NCBI GenBank assembly: GCA_964035545.1
Contig: OZ037772.1
Coordinates: 10,538,818 to 10,602,817 of the forward strand
DNA: 64,000 nt
Direction of reading: 5' to 3'
Source: Bugula neritina
Taxonomy: Eukaryota > Animalia > Bryozoa
The translations under genes were made by a program, and so were the position numbers. The notes below the pieces were generated by a model. That model searched no databases. It was not told where the DNA came from and was given only the letters and a program-made list of their open reading frames with translations. Of the stretch, positions 12,851-25,528 are shown one piece after another. How positions within the stretch are numbered: the first letter of the stretch is position 1; each line of letters starts with the position of its first letter.

Positions 12851-15341
12851 ATGGCCATGTCTTCCAACTTTATTCTCTGGATATTTCTTCTACTCATGAT
12901 TAAAGGTGAGTACTATATATTTCAACAATTAAAAGCTTATTTAATGCTTCATTACGGGTAATAAATAGTTGTACTGATTTGTGAGAAAATTTAATTAAAC
13001 AATTAATATTATGATGGATATTGTTTTGAAAAAAGGTGACAACTTGCTTGTTAGCTCAATTATTATATTTCAACTACATTTGAATGTTTAGTAATAGGAG
13101 TTGCATCAGGAAAGGCAATGTATTTATGCAGGTGAACACTGTCTTGAAAAAAGTTTATCTAAGTGCATTTCATAAAACTTTACCCTGGCTTTTATTTATT
13201 TTTGTTACTTAATGCAGCTGCAATAAAGAATTTTTAAATTAAAGTCAAATACAAAGTTTATTTCAAACACTTCGTTCAGAAATAGCAATTTGAAAATATG
13301 GCACTATATATAATTAAACATAACAAACATATCCCTGTTTGTTTTATGAATCAGCTGTTATAAGCTACGATAACTATTTATTATTATAGGCTGTCAAAGT
13401 TCTGTAAAAATTTTTAGCCAATAATTAATAGAAGCATGCTATGAAATAAACTGCAACAAAGAGAAACCAAGAATATTATTATAGTTGTTGTCAAATAATT
13501 TAGGGTTCATTCATTTTTAAATTACAATCAAATTATTCCCTCATATAGTTAAGATATTATACATAGAAAACATTTAAGAGTTGAAAATAGATATGGGTGC
13601 ATTTATGATTGTAAAATAATTTTGCCCCCCCAACTGGGATTCGAACCTAACATCTCCGGCTTAAGCAAGCAAGTGTGCTAATCATTACGCCACGGGACCT
13701 GCTGGGTTAACTCAACACAACAATGATGGCTATTACCGACACTTCATATTGCTTAGAAAATAAATATATATCTTCAGGTTTCTTTTGGATATAACATTAA
13801 TCAAAACAATATATTTGTTCATACAGTTTTGAAGAAGAGTCTTATTCGTAAACATATAACAGTCATTATACTTTCATTACAATCTGAATTTAATTTTAAT
13901 GATAAGAAAACCTAATTTAGCAACATTTATAAAGAATATTAATAACTACCAAAGGGTATATTGTTTACTGTTCAGTGTACGAGTATACATTTGCATTCTA
14001 TTGTGTAATTTGAAAGTAAACATATAATATACTATTCAGAATAGATGTTTCAAGTTATTGTATGTTGAAATTATTTTTGTAGATGCTGGTAGTGTTGTAG
14101 CGCCTACTACTGCTGCCCCTACTACTGCTGCTACTACTACTGCTGCCCCCACTACTGCTGCCCCCACTACTGCTGCCCCCACTACTACTTCAGCTCCACC
14201 TACTACTACTACTGCCCCTGCTACTACTACTACTGCTGCCCCTACTACTACTACAGCTCCACCTACTACTACTACGGCTGTCCCCACTACTACTACTACT
14301 GCCCCCGCTACTACTACTACTGCCCCTGCTACTACTACTACTGCCCCCGCTACTACTACTACTGCCCCTACTACTACTACTACTGCCCCCGCTACTACTA
14401 CTACAGCTGCCCCTGCTACTACTACTACTGCCCCCGCTACTACTACTACTGCCCCCGCTACTACTACTACTGCCTCTGCTACTACTACTACTGCCCCCGC
14501 TACTACTACTACTGCCCCTGCTACTACTACTACTGCCCCTGCTACTACTACTACTGCCCCCGCTACTACTACTACTGCCCCTGCTACTACTACTACTGCC
14601 CCCGCTACTACTACTACTGCCCCCGCTACTACTACTACTGCCCCTGCTACTACTACTACTGCCCCTGCTACTATACTACTACTGCCCCCGCTACTACTAC
14701 AGCTGCCTCCACTACCACGACAGCTGTATTTATTACTACTACAGCTGCCCCTGCTACTACTACTACTGCTGTCCCCACTACTACTGCCGCTGCCCCCACT
14801 ACTGCTGCCCTTACTACTCTTACTAAAACTGCCATCACAACCACAACAAAGTGTTGTAAAGAACCAATCACATGTCAGTGTAAATATGATAAACCAATTG
14901 ATTATCACTTGTTAGATAATATGTTTACAACAATAATAAATTCAATCGTCTACTTAATATTTTTCTTAATATATATTTTCATACTGTTTGTACACTGAAA
15001 TATACATAAAACATGTAAATATAATAATTTAAGCAGAGCATTTGCTTGCAGTAGTGATAAAGCAGAGAAAAGCTCATATCTGTGTATCAATTATTATTCA
15101 ATACGTAATTAATAACCTAGTTTACTGTTCCAATGTTTATTCATTTTTATGTGTGCTGTTTTGCAATTGTTTTTGTAAAGATAATTTTTCTGATGCAGGA
15201 TTCATGTTTCAGGTGGATATCCGACTGACAACAAAGTGATAATCGGAATTAGCGTATCTATCCTCTGTGTCATAATAATCACAAACATAGTAGTCTGTCT
15301 GTTATGTAGAAGGTGAGGTCATTGTTGTTGAAGGCAACATT

Positions 15342-15734
<393 letters not shown>

Positions 15735-15737
<3 letters not shown>

Positions 15738-15910
15738 GTATGCTGATTGTCAATCTAGTTGGAGTTCCAGCAAAGTAAAGTGCTCGATATCACGGGTGAC
15801 AGAGCTAATATAATGTAGTGTGTTCAGATTGTTCATGATACATATATATTTTTTTATTTAAAAAAATCTCACACGACTATATAGTTTCGTACAGTAAACT
15901 GCACTCGTCA
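15735..15910 (-). mobile_element. Short fragment of a second hammerhead-bearing (probably Penelope-like) family in the (TA)n tract; paralogous copy at ~36933-37108
   Basis: Minus strand reads TGACGA-gtgcag(ttta)ctgtac-GAAA-ctatatag-TC, a hammerhead core lacking the first C and the 5' strand of stem I. Flanked by (TA)n and absent from the gene 3 intron. Confidence 0.6.
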
Positions 15911-15914
15911 TTAT

Positions 15915-15946
<32 letters not shown>

Positions 15947-15978
15947 GAAATAAAATGAGATTTGATTAATATACTGGC

Positions 15979-16031
15979 ATTTATTACTAGTAGTTTCGTA
16001 CACAAGAACGATGTGCACTCATCAGATAAAT
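15979..16031 (-). ncRNA. Minimal type I hammerhead ribozyme (identical copy in the full-ORF element)
   Basis: Exact reverse complement of 19333-19385. Confidence 0.88.
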
Positions 16032-16121
16032 TAGCCACTATGGTTGCTTACAACTATAAATAATGTGTAAATATACAGATTAAAGCTAGAAGATCAAAAA
16101 GGTAGCATTGTAATTAGTTGG

Positions 16122-18242
16122 CTATGTTACAGCATTCTTGAGTAGAAATTTACTACTATGTCTGCATATGGATAAAAAGTCATAGCGCTTATTGAGGGAA
16201 GACAACTGTGGCTTATAAAGAATGAAAAATTTTTCCCATGAGCATAGCTGACAGATTTTAGTGTTGTTGTTGTGTGGTTGGGCTTTTCTGAGAATTTTCC
16301 AAGATATGGTAAAATCCAGACCTTTGTCTTTTAAGGTCCAGATGTGTTTACTCAACTCAGTTTGCATGCGCTTGGTTGGGTGTCTGAAAGAAGCAAGGTG
16401 GTTGTAGTATCTTGCCTTGAATGCAGTGGAGGAAATTCCTATATATGTTTCAGCAGTATCTTTTGATGGGACGAATACTTTGGCCTGGTACACAATGTTT
16501 GGGGTGGTGCATTCTCCTGGGAGCGGGCATGTCTTTACATTTCTACAGTTACAGCCTGCCTGTGATATAGGGGTGGTGTTGCATTTAGTAACACTTCTGT
16601 TGTGAGCAGTGATGGTCTGCTCTAAATTTGGGCAGCAACTGTAGCTGAGTTTGAGTGTGTTTTTATTAAATATTTTGTGCAGTGGGTGTTTGGTGTTGAA
16701 TATATCTTTTATCAGCTTGAGGTATATGGAGCCGATTTTCGTCTTTACATTGCGGCTATAAGGTGGATTGTACCAGATGACTTGTCTTTGTCTGATGGGT
16801 TTGATGCTTGCATTGGTGTTGTCAGTATAGTCTTTGTATTTGAGTTGGTAGTCATATCCGCTTTTAGCCAAAGCATCTTGATATAGAGGGGTGGCATTGT
16901 TGAAGATAGTTTCATTGGTAGATATGTCACAAAGTCTGCGGTTTATAGATTCTGGTATGTTATTCAGTATGCTGGGAGGATGGTTAGAGTCTTTGTGTAC
17001 ATACAGAGGGATGTTGTTGGGCTTGGAGTACGGTGTATGATGTTTCTTGACCAGATCTAGGGTGACGTCTAAATAGTCAGTTGTCTTGATATTAACATCT
17101 ATGGTGATCTTTAGACCGTGTGACTGGAATAATATGCAAAGATCTTTTTTCAGTCTTTCAGCTAGTTGTGGTTTAAGATCTGTTACACCTAGCCCATCGT
17201 CTCTATATAGTCCAATGTTAGCTTTGAACTTTTTTGAGATTTTACTTAACAAAAATAATCCTACTAATTCACATGTTTCAGCACCATCATGTGAGCCCAT
17301 GGTGACGTCAAACAAATTGTCTGATTGTCTTTTACCCCAAAATGAGTTGTCATGCACCAATATGGATTTTTTTGTGTGCAATATGATATTCCGTTCGTGG
17401 TTGCTGACTGTAGTGTGCAAGTTGGCAAAGTCGAGAGCATCAGATAGTAGTTTTGGCGATATAGATGGATAAAATTCCACAATATCGAACACGATAAAAG
17501 AGTGCCTGTTTGTGGTGGTCAAATTGTCAAACCAATGTAAAACTGCAGATGTGCTTTTCCACTGGTTTAGGCCAAGTTTGCTGTTTATCGATGTATTAAT
17601 TCTGTCAAGTAGTTGTTTACTCACCCTACCTATCTCTGGTTTGGTGGGGTTAATAAGGCGGCAGGTGGGGTTAGTTATGTAGTTAGCCTTATGATCCTTG
17701 ATAGTAATGAAGGCGGGTTTCTTAGCTGTTATAGTAATTCTGTCATCAAGTTCCAATTGTTCAGCCATGGCTTTGTCTTCACTAGTGATGTTGGAGACTT
17801 TGTCATTTGATATTTTCTTATAGGTTTTAGTGATATTGTTAGTTAAGAGTCTGTCATACGATTCTTTGTCCATTTTGTAGAAATTGTTGCTTTTATCTGC
17901 AGGCACTATTATATTGTCGCTCATGGTTATTTTATGCTTGATGTCGGAGGATAGCTTGTCTTGAAAGGTATTGTGGACATGTCTAAACTTAACAGATCGG
18001 ATCATGTCAGCTAATCCTTGCTCGAAACTTTGCATAGCTGTGATCTGTGGTGGGGACTTTTTAGACCTGAATCCATAGGTTTCCTTCATGCTAGATCTAG
18101 AGTCAGGATTTAGGAAGAAGAAGGCAGCCCATCTCATTCTGATGACTAAAGATTCTGTGTATTGGATCAGTCTCCGTATATACAGTGATTGTGATGGAAT
18201 CGGTATATTCATAGTTGAATAATCAAATCTTAGTTGTTCCAT
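16122..18242 (-). CDS. Penelope-like element ORF: reverse transcriptase plus C-terminal GIY-YIG endonuclease (Naiad-type), 706 aa, uninterrupted
   Basis: PADKS (DKG-like motif), RT motifs DIVEFYPSI, MGSHDGAETCELVG and YRDDGL; linker CNCRNVKTCPLPGEC; endonuclease IVYQA...YIG...FKARYYNH...CQLCSWEK...LNKR. Confidence 0.93.
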   Translation of the reverse strand: MEQLRFDYSTMNIPIPSQSLYIRRLIQYTESLVIRMRWAAFFFLNPDSRSSMKETYGFRSKKSPPQITAMQSFEQGLADMIRSVKFRHVHNTFQDKLSSDIKHKITMSDNIIVPADKSNNFYKMDKESYDRLLTNNITKTYKKISNDKVSNITSEDKAMAEQLELDDRITITAKKPAFITIKDHKANYITNPTCRLINPTKPEIGRVSKQLLDRINTSINSKLGLNQWKSTSAVLHWFDNLTTTNRHSFIVFDIVEFYPSISPKLLSDALDFANLHTTVSNHERNIILHTKKSILVHDNSFWGKRQSDNLFDVTMGSHDGAETCELVGLFLLSKISKKFKANIGLYRDDGLGVTDLKPQLAERLKKDLCILFQSHGLKITIDVNIKTTDYLDVTLDLVKKHHTPYSKPNNIPLYVHKDSNHPPSILNNIPESINRRLCDISTNETIFNNATPLYQDALAKSGYDYQLKYKDYTDNTNASIKPIRQRQVIWYNPPYSRNVKTKIGSIYLKLIKDIFNTKHPLHKIFNKNTLKLSYSCCPNLEQTITAHNRSVTKCNTTPISQAGCNCRNVKTCPLPGECTTPNIVYQAKVFVPSKDTAETYIGISSTAFKARYYNHLASFRHPTKRMQTELSKHIWTLKDKGLDFTISWKILRKAQPHNNNTKICQLCSWEKFFILYKPQLSSLNKRYDFLSICRHSSKFLLKNAVT

Positions 18243-19332
18243 TTTGCAGTTTATAAATAGAGTGCTCTACTTAAAGGAGCGTAAAAGACGTCACCCTAGA
18301 TCTGGTCAAGAAACATCATACACCGTACTCCAAGCCCAACAACATCCCTCTGTATGTACACAAAGACTCTAACCATCCTCCCAGCATACTGAATAACATA
18401 CCAGAATCTATAAACCGCAGACTTTGTGACATATCTACCAATGAAACTATCTTCAACAATGCCACCCCTCTATATCAAGATGCTTTGGCTAAAAGCGGAT
18501 ATGACTACCAACTCAAATACAAAGACTATACTGACAACACCAATGCAAGCATCAAACCCATCAGACAAAGACAAGTCATCTGGTACAATCCACCTTATAG
18601 CCGCAATGTAAAGACGAAAATCGGCTCCATATACCTCAAGCTGATAAAAGATATATTCAACACCAAACACCCACTGCACAAAATATTTAATAAAAACACA
18701 CTCAAACTCAGCTACAGTTGCTGCCCAAATTTAGAGCAGACCATCACTGCTCACAACAGAAGTGTTACTAAATGCAACACCACCCCTATATCACAGGCAG
18801 GCTGTAACTGTAGAAATGTAAAGACATGCCCGCTCCCAGGAGAATGCACCACCCCAAACATTGTGTACCAGGCCAAAGTATTCGTCCCATCAAAAGATAC
18901 TGCTGAAACATATATAGGAATTTCCTCCACTGCATTCAAGGCAAGATACTACAACCACCTTGCTTCTTTCAGACACCCAACCAAGCGCATGCAAACTGAG
19001 TTGAGTAAACACATCTGGACCTTAAAAGACAAAGGTCTGGATTTTACCATATCTTGGAAAATTCTCAGAAAAGCCCAACCACACAACCACACAACAACAA
19101 CACTAAAATCTGTCAGCTATGCTCATGGGAAAAATTTTTCATTCTTTATAAGCCACAGTTGTCTTCCCTCAATAAGCGCTATGACTTTTTATCCATATGC
19201 AGACATAGTAGTAAATTTCTACTCAAGAATGCTGTAACATAGCCAACTAATTACAATGCTACCTTTTTGATCTTCTAGCTTTAATCTGTATATTTACACA
19301 TTATTTATAGTTGTAAGCAACCATAGTGGCTA

Positions 19333-19385
19333 ATTTATCTGATGAGTGCACATCGTTCTTGTGTACGAAACTACTAGTAATAAAT
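19333..19385 (+). ncRNA. Minimal type I hammerhead ribozyme in the Penelope-like 3' region
   Basis: atttat-CTGATGA-gtgcaca(tcgttct)tgtgtac-GAAA-ctactag-TA-ataaat: conserved core, stem I atttat/ataaat, 7-bp stem II, short stem III, GUA cleavage triplet. Confidence 0.88.
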
Positions 19386-19484
19386 GCCAGTATATTAATC
19401 AAATCTCATTTTATTTCTTCTAATGTTTACGCTCTAGATTTATTTCTATAGAGCACTCTAGTAACGTTTTATAAACACTCATTT

Positions 19485-19847
<363 letters not shown>

Positions 19848-20168
19848 TATATATAATTATTATAATTATTATATATATAAATAATTATTAATAGTTATCA
19901 TAAATATATATATATATATACTAAATATTACAATTGACCAGTGCAATACTTCATATATATGTATTTGTAGAAAATACATGACTGAATTAACTAATATTAA
20001 AAGGCAAGCAGATAGTCCTCACTCAATTTCTACAGGTAGAGAAGATAAACAGCTGGGGCAGATAATTGGTAATCTTTTATTTCTAGACAAATATTCTCTT
20101 TGTATATAACTCTTTATTGTGATGTATACTTATACACAAACATTACCACTAAGTATAATCATTTTCTT

Positions 20169-20203
<35 letters not shown>

Positions 20204-22834
20204 AAAACCTAATCTGTTTGGAGTATTGTGTATGTTTTTTAAATATAATAAAAATTTATTTTATATTTAAATAAATTGTACATAAGTTTGGTCCTGAATT
20301 GTTAGAAGACTTATAGTCACATGAAGGTTATAATTATTTTTTTTATCCCTATAGCTATAATTGAACATTGAATTCTTATAAATTTTTACTATAATTGGAT
20401 TAAATAAAATATAAAACTGCAAATATATAATTTTGCATGAACAGTGAGACCCTATTTTGGTTACACGCAATGCTATAAGATTCTTTTTCGATTTGAATTT
20501 TCTTTTTAATTTTGCTATATATAAGACTATCGTTTAATTTTAGCAAAAATTGTATAAATATTTTTTTAAAGATTTTTAGTCACTATTTCTGTGAGATTTC
20601 TTAATTAAATATAAAGGACTTATTCACATGTAGTACAGGAGCAATTTATATCTGGCTTGATGCTTTTCCTAATATTACCACCTGTGTTTGAATTCAAACT
20701 GCTGGCCTCGTGTTTACTATGCCAATGCTTTAACTATTTTATCATCTCTGCTTCTTTATTCTGTAAATATTATTTTTTAGTTACTATAGCCTATAAATTT
20801 CATTTCCTAATAAACACTCCTTTTCCAATTACTTTTGAAAAATAATTGCTCCCACCGGGATTTGAACCGGAGACCTCTGGCTTGCAAGCAAGTGCTTGCT
20901 AACAATTACACCACTAGACTATACTGAGTTAACTCAACGCTACAACCAACTATCTAATTGCTGAAATATCAAACTGCTTTTGTTATTTGTCAGATAATGA
21001 TCCGAATCAATACGAAGCTGTGGATCTAACAGGAGTAACAGAGTCTCCTGAACATCCAACTGGTGCTTATAGTAATACAAGAGTAGACAAAGATAGAAGC
21101 AAAAACTACGTTAATACAGAGATTCTAAATAACATTCAAGGGTAAACAATTACTATATTTCAATTTATTTAGCTTAAAATTATTACTTGTTTATTTTGAT
21201 AAAAAATGGTTTATTGCAAAAATAAATTTGGTTTAAAATAAAAAAATTTAAATGTAAGAATTTAGTTCTTAACCTATAATAGCTACATAGATTAAAAATT
21301 AATCCGTCTCTCAAATCTTGCGTTGAGGTGCAATAGAGATTTTATTAGCCTAACTTTGTTAGTGTCTACTACAAACTCAATCATTAAAGCTTCGTAAATG
21401 GCTTCTCATTGCACTTATGATCAGTAAAATAAACACCAAAAACTTTCATTTATTTCGCTTAAAACTAATCACAGCAACAATCAACAACATGTTAATATGG
21501 AAAGCAAATACTATTATTTTGCTAAAATTTAATATAATAAACTATTATTTACAAATCTGTGAGTACCAAGTAGTCCTAAAAGAAAGCTAACTTTGTAAAG
21601 GCCTGTCATTTCAAAACTTGGAAATCATTTCATATATTATAACAGGAAAACTTTATTTTATGTTTTGCGGCATGTTATTATTATTGTATGTTTATTATAG
21701 GAATGAAAAAGATCAAAATAAACAAGAGACTTCTGCATATGAGAATGTAGATGTGGTGAAAATGACTGATCCTAATGAATACATTAGTAAGTGGAAGTCT
21801 GTACTGTTGCGTGTATTAACAGCAAAATGTTATCATACTATATTATTGTATTAGCTATAAAGGCCTATTATTTATTGGCTATATTACACTTAATGTGCTT
21901 TCAAACTGAATATGCTTCCATATAGGCTCAGCAAAAATAATATACATTTAATAGTTTATAGCATGCATTGAAATAGTATTTCATTTTATTGCAAATGTAT
22001 AGGCCATCACGCATCGTTTTGCACTGATGAGGGGACAAATCCTCCCATTGATTAGGTTAACATATATGAATGCTTTTCTAATTAGACGAAGCATCAGTAT
22101 AGTATATACAATGTTGTTTGTACTTCATGTAAGTTAAAGATCCCGCTCTATAATTGTAGTATACTTTTTGATTGCTATGAAACAACAAACTAGTTATATA
22201 GGCCAAATGCCATTGGTGTTTGTTTTGCACAAATATAGTATGGTTTTTTTAAGGCAATTTTTGATTTCTCTTTGATTATGTAATCATCACTTGTCTAAAT
22301 AATGCAAACTGTTTTTTTGTCACATGCAGGTATGACAGCCCTAAATACAGAGTTAGATCATACATATTCCTCGTTGAACAATGCCGGCATCAATCTACAA
22401 GCACATGACCAAATGTAAGCTATTTCATGTTATAAGAAACTACCATAAAAGTGTTTCCATTTTAATGATCAATGAAAGACTTTTGGGTGGCTTTTTTATC
22501 AGCAGTACCTATACTTGTAGACATAGTATACTATTTTGCTAGATTTGTGGTGAAAATAATATGCAGCTATAATACTTGAGATGTGTTTCTACAAACGAAA
22601 CTGTGCTGGCTGTCATATGTAGAAATAAAAGCATTAAAAGTGTTTTTGTCGGTTGAGTAAAATTAATCCGGATTACTTTGCAAAGCCAAAATTCATTTTA
22701 ATATTTTTAGAAGCACTACTTTTGTACTTTTATACTATACTAAGAACATAATTCAAAAATATTAAGTAGTAGTATTTAACTACTGGTTAGCTATTTCATG
22801 CATACTATAATCAAGAAATCATATTATATTACAG

Positions 22835-22977
22835 GTGAGACATCCCCCAATACAGAACAAGCTCATCTATATGTTTCCTTACATTCAAAAGTTATTCTCA
22901 AAATAAAATCGATTGACTCTTTAGCATGCCACAGGCAAGAAATGTATTTTAATAACACAATGACAACTACTACATAA
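22835..22977 (+). CDS. Duplicated/alternative terminal exon of gene 2 (ETSPNTEQAHLYVSL...)
   Basis: Acceptor ttacag. Aligns codon for codon with the normal last exon (MTALNTELDHTYSSL) in the same phase 1; open for 46 codons. Confidence 0.6.
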
Positions 22978-23641
22978 CTAAAAAAGAACATATATTATTC
23001 ATATAAAAATATTTATGTATGTGTGTATCTCAATGAATACACAACTTCAAAGTAAAGGTAAATTGTCTAAATTAATTTGATTGACAATAATATTGACATG
23101 CAATTAGATCAATTTTTGCAGCAAATTTAATATGAACTGGTTACGAGCAATAAAGTATTTTATTTTGGCATATTTTTTTATAAATCTTTCTTTCTTTTTA
23201 TTTGGCATTCATTTTTCAACTTCATTGAAACAAAATATAGGTGCAGCATCCAAATAATATTTTTCATATAAACTAACTAATACCATTATATATATAGCTA
23301 CTGTTAAAATCATATTATTAAAATATTATTCTTATTATATTTTAACTAATAAGCAACTTGCAGGTTGTCTACTGTTTATAGATTATTTATTTTTAGCTAC
23401 TTGGGATTTGATATTTATAGGACTAAAATACATCAGCATTTCTCTTAAAACTTTGCTTTTCACTAAATTTATAATAACCCAGAAGCCATCATTACAATTA
23501 CTGAGTGATCGCATAATCATATTATGACTGTGTAATATACTTTGGTATTTAACATTATAATTTATAACCGTCAGATATTGCAGAAACTTTTTTGGTAACT
23601 TAACTGCATTTTTGAATTCTTGAGATTATAAAAGCTAATAT

Positions 23642-24055
23642 TGTTGTGAATTTACGCATTCACTAATTACTGTATACTTATAGCTAATGCAACACTGCCA
23701 AGTTAGAGTAGAACAATAAAGTGTTTGTTTACACTAAAAGATACGCAAGTAAAACTATACACAAATAATAAAAGCACTGCATAATTTCAGACAGTATAAC
23801 GCAACCTATCTAATTCAATGCTTCTGTCCAACTGCACGCTATCCAAGCTTGCTACTTATTAGCTCTAATTAGTTAGTCTCCTCTTTTGTTCAGAGCGTAC
23901 GTGGGTAGCATAGTAATGTAGACACTGTTAGGCCGAGTGTATTAGAGACACTACACATTAGGATAACAGAATACTAGCAGGAGAGTTGTCCTTTCGATAT
24001 ACAATGGTAGCACAACTCCTTACGGTCAGATGTACATGGGGACACAACCCTTACA
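23642..24055. mobile_element. Probable solo LTR (TG...CA, 4-bp ATAT duplication; Gypsy-like by TSD length)
   Basis: atat|TGTTGTGAA...CCCTTACA|atat, 414 bp, with higher GC than the flanks. Confidence 0.6.
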
Positions 24056-24637
24056 ATATCTCATTATAATAATGTTAATTAAATTTGCAAAGTTTTAATT
24101 CACAAATCAATTATCTTTTCCTTAGAAAAAAGAAATGAATTGAAAAAAAACTAGTACAATGCATTATAGATAACTACCAGATAATGAAACTTATATAAGA
24201 TAACTTTTTATCTCTATATGTAAGTCAATTATAACATACCTACTCAACACAAATACTATAACAATACTATAGCAATCTGTTATTATGCAATAAAATGATA
24301 TTAATACAATAACACAACTCAATTCTATAACTATAGCACATTTACACATTATTTTGTTTAGGTTAGCACAAATTGTCAAGTTTTGAAATAAACAATGATT
24401 TACATCCATTTTCTTAACGAAGTAGCCCTAAATAAATTTAATAGCAAAATGGAAGCTCTGGTATATAAGATTTTTTCCAAAAAGTATTATAATTGTTTAT
24501 TTATAATGCGTATATTACTTTTTAGCAATAAGATAATTGCAGTGTAGGATGAAATTTTTCATATATATACCTTTCCGAAATATAGAATGTGTTCAAAGCT
24601 AGCACATGGTCTACTATCCCAATGTGTAATTTAGTTA

Positions 24638-25021
24638 GGCCTAGGGCCACACTGTTCGTATTTTCGAATGCGAAAATTGATACCACAGGTAGCAAAGGTG
24701 TCCACTGTATGCGTTGAGAAAACATTCACACTTGTCGCTCAGCATTCTGAACGCTGAACTAATTGGCTGGTAGTTATGCCCAATTTCTTTATTTTAGTGC
24801 TACATTCCAGTAAATTGCGTTTTATTGAAAGCAGTGCGATTTAAAAATGAAAACTTCAGTTATCCAGCACTTGTAGCCATAGCAACAAGGCGAGCAGTAA
24901 AGTTAAACGCAAATATTATTAGCTAGTAGTTTTCCAATTTCACTGATGCTACAGTGGACACCTTTGCTACTTTTGGTTTCAATTTTCGATTGCGAAAATT
25001 TGCACAGTGTGGCCCTAGGCT
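24638..25021. mobile_element. MITE with ~70-bp imperfect TIRs upstream of gene 3
   Basis: gcctagggccacactg...tagcaaaggtgtccactgta versus tacagtggacacctttgcta...cagtgtggccctaggc, with TA flanks. The equivalent site upstream of gene 4 (~33090) is empty. Confidence 0.8.
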
Positions 25022-25528
25022 TATTTAACATGCAGACTAGATTAAATTATTAAAATTTCTATCTGCAGTAAACTACCACCACAATAATATCTGCACTGAA
25101 TTGAGCATTTTAAAAGGATGACTATATTGCATACCAACACTTTATAATTAGTGAATGCTTTGTAATTTAACAATATGTTCAAAAACTCATTAACTAGGTT
25201 GGTTGGTTATGTACAAAAAAATTTTTTCTTTCTGAATGGGTGACTAGTTTTCAATTTTAATCTATAGAAGCAGCTTATATATATTATATATATATAAAGC
25301 AAACATTGGGTGTAACACTGAGTATGTATACTATATGGCATGGTGTATGTACCCTATAGTAGTTGAATGTTTTGTTATATAGTCATCAGTCAGTTCAGTA
25401 ATAGTAGCAGGTTCAGCTCATCATTGAAAGCAAATTTGATTTATTAGATCACATGATTTGATGTTATATATTTATAAGTAAGAAGAGAAACAGCAAACAT
25501 CAATTTTTGAATTTACATATATATAACT

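Noticed and set aside
13625-13722. Possible functional tRNA genes (Ala- or Gly-like)
   Set aside because: Anticodon arms and acceptor stems are broken or inconsistent between copies, so they are treated as tRNA-derived repeats.
16122-18242. Selenocysteine recoding, as reported for some Naiad elements
   Set aside because: The ORF has no in-frame UGA.
18485-19242. Stand-alone GIY-YIG nuclease gene on the + strand
   Set aside because: It is the 5'-truncated inverted copy of the retroelement and is frameshifted by an 8-nt duplication.
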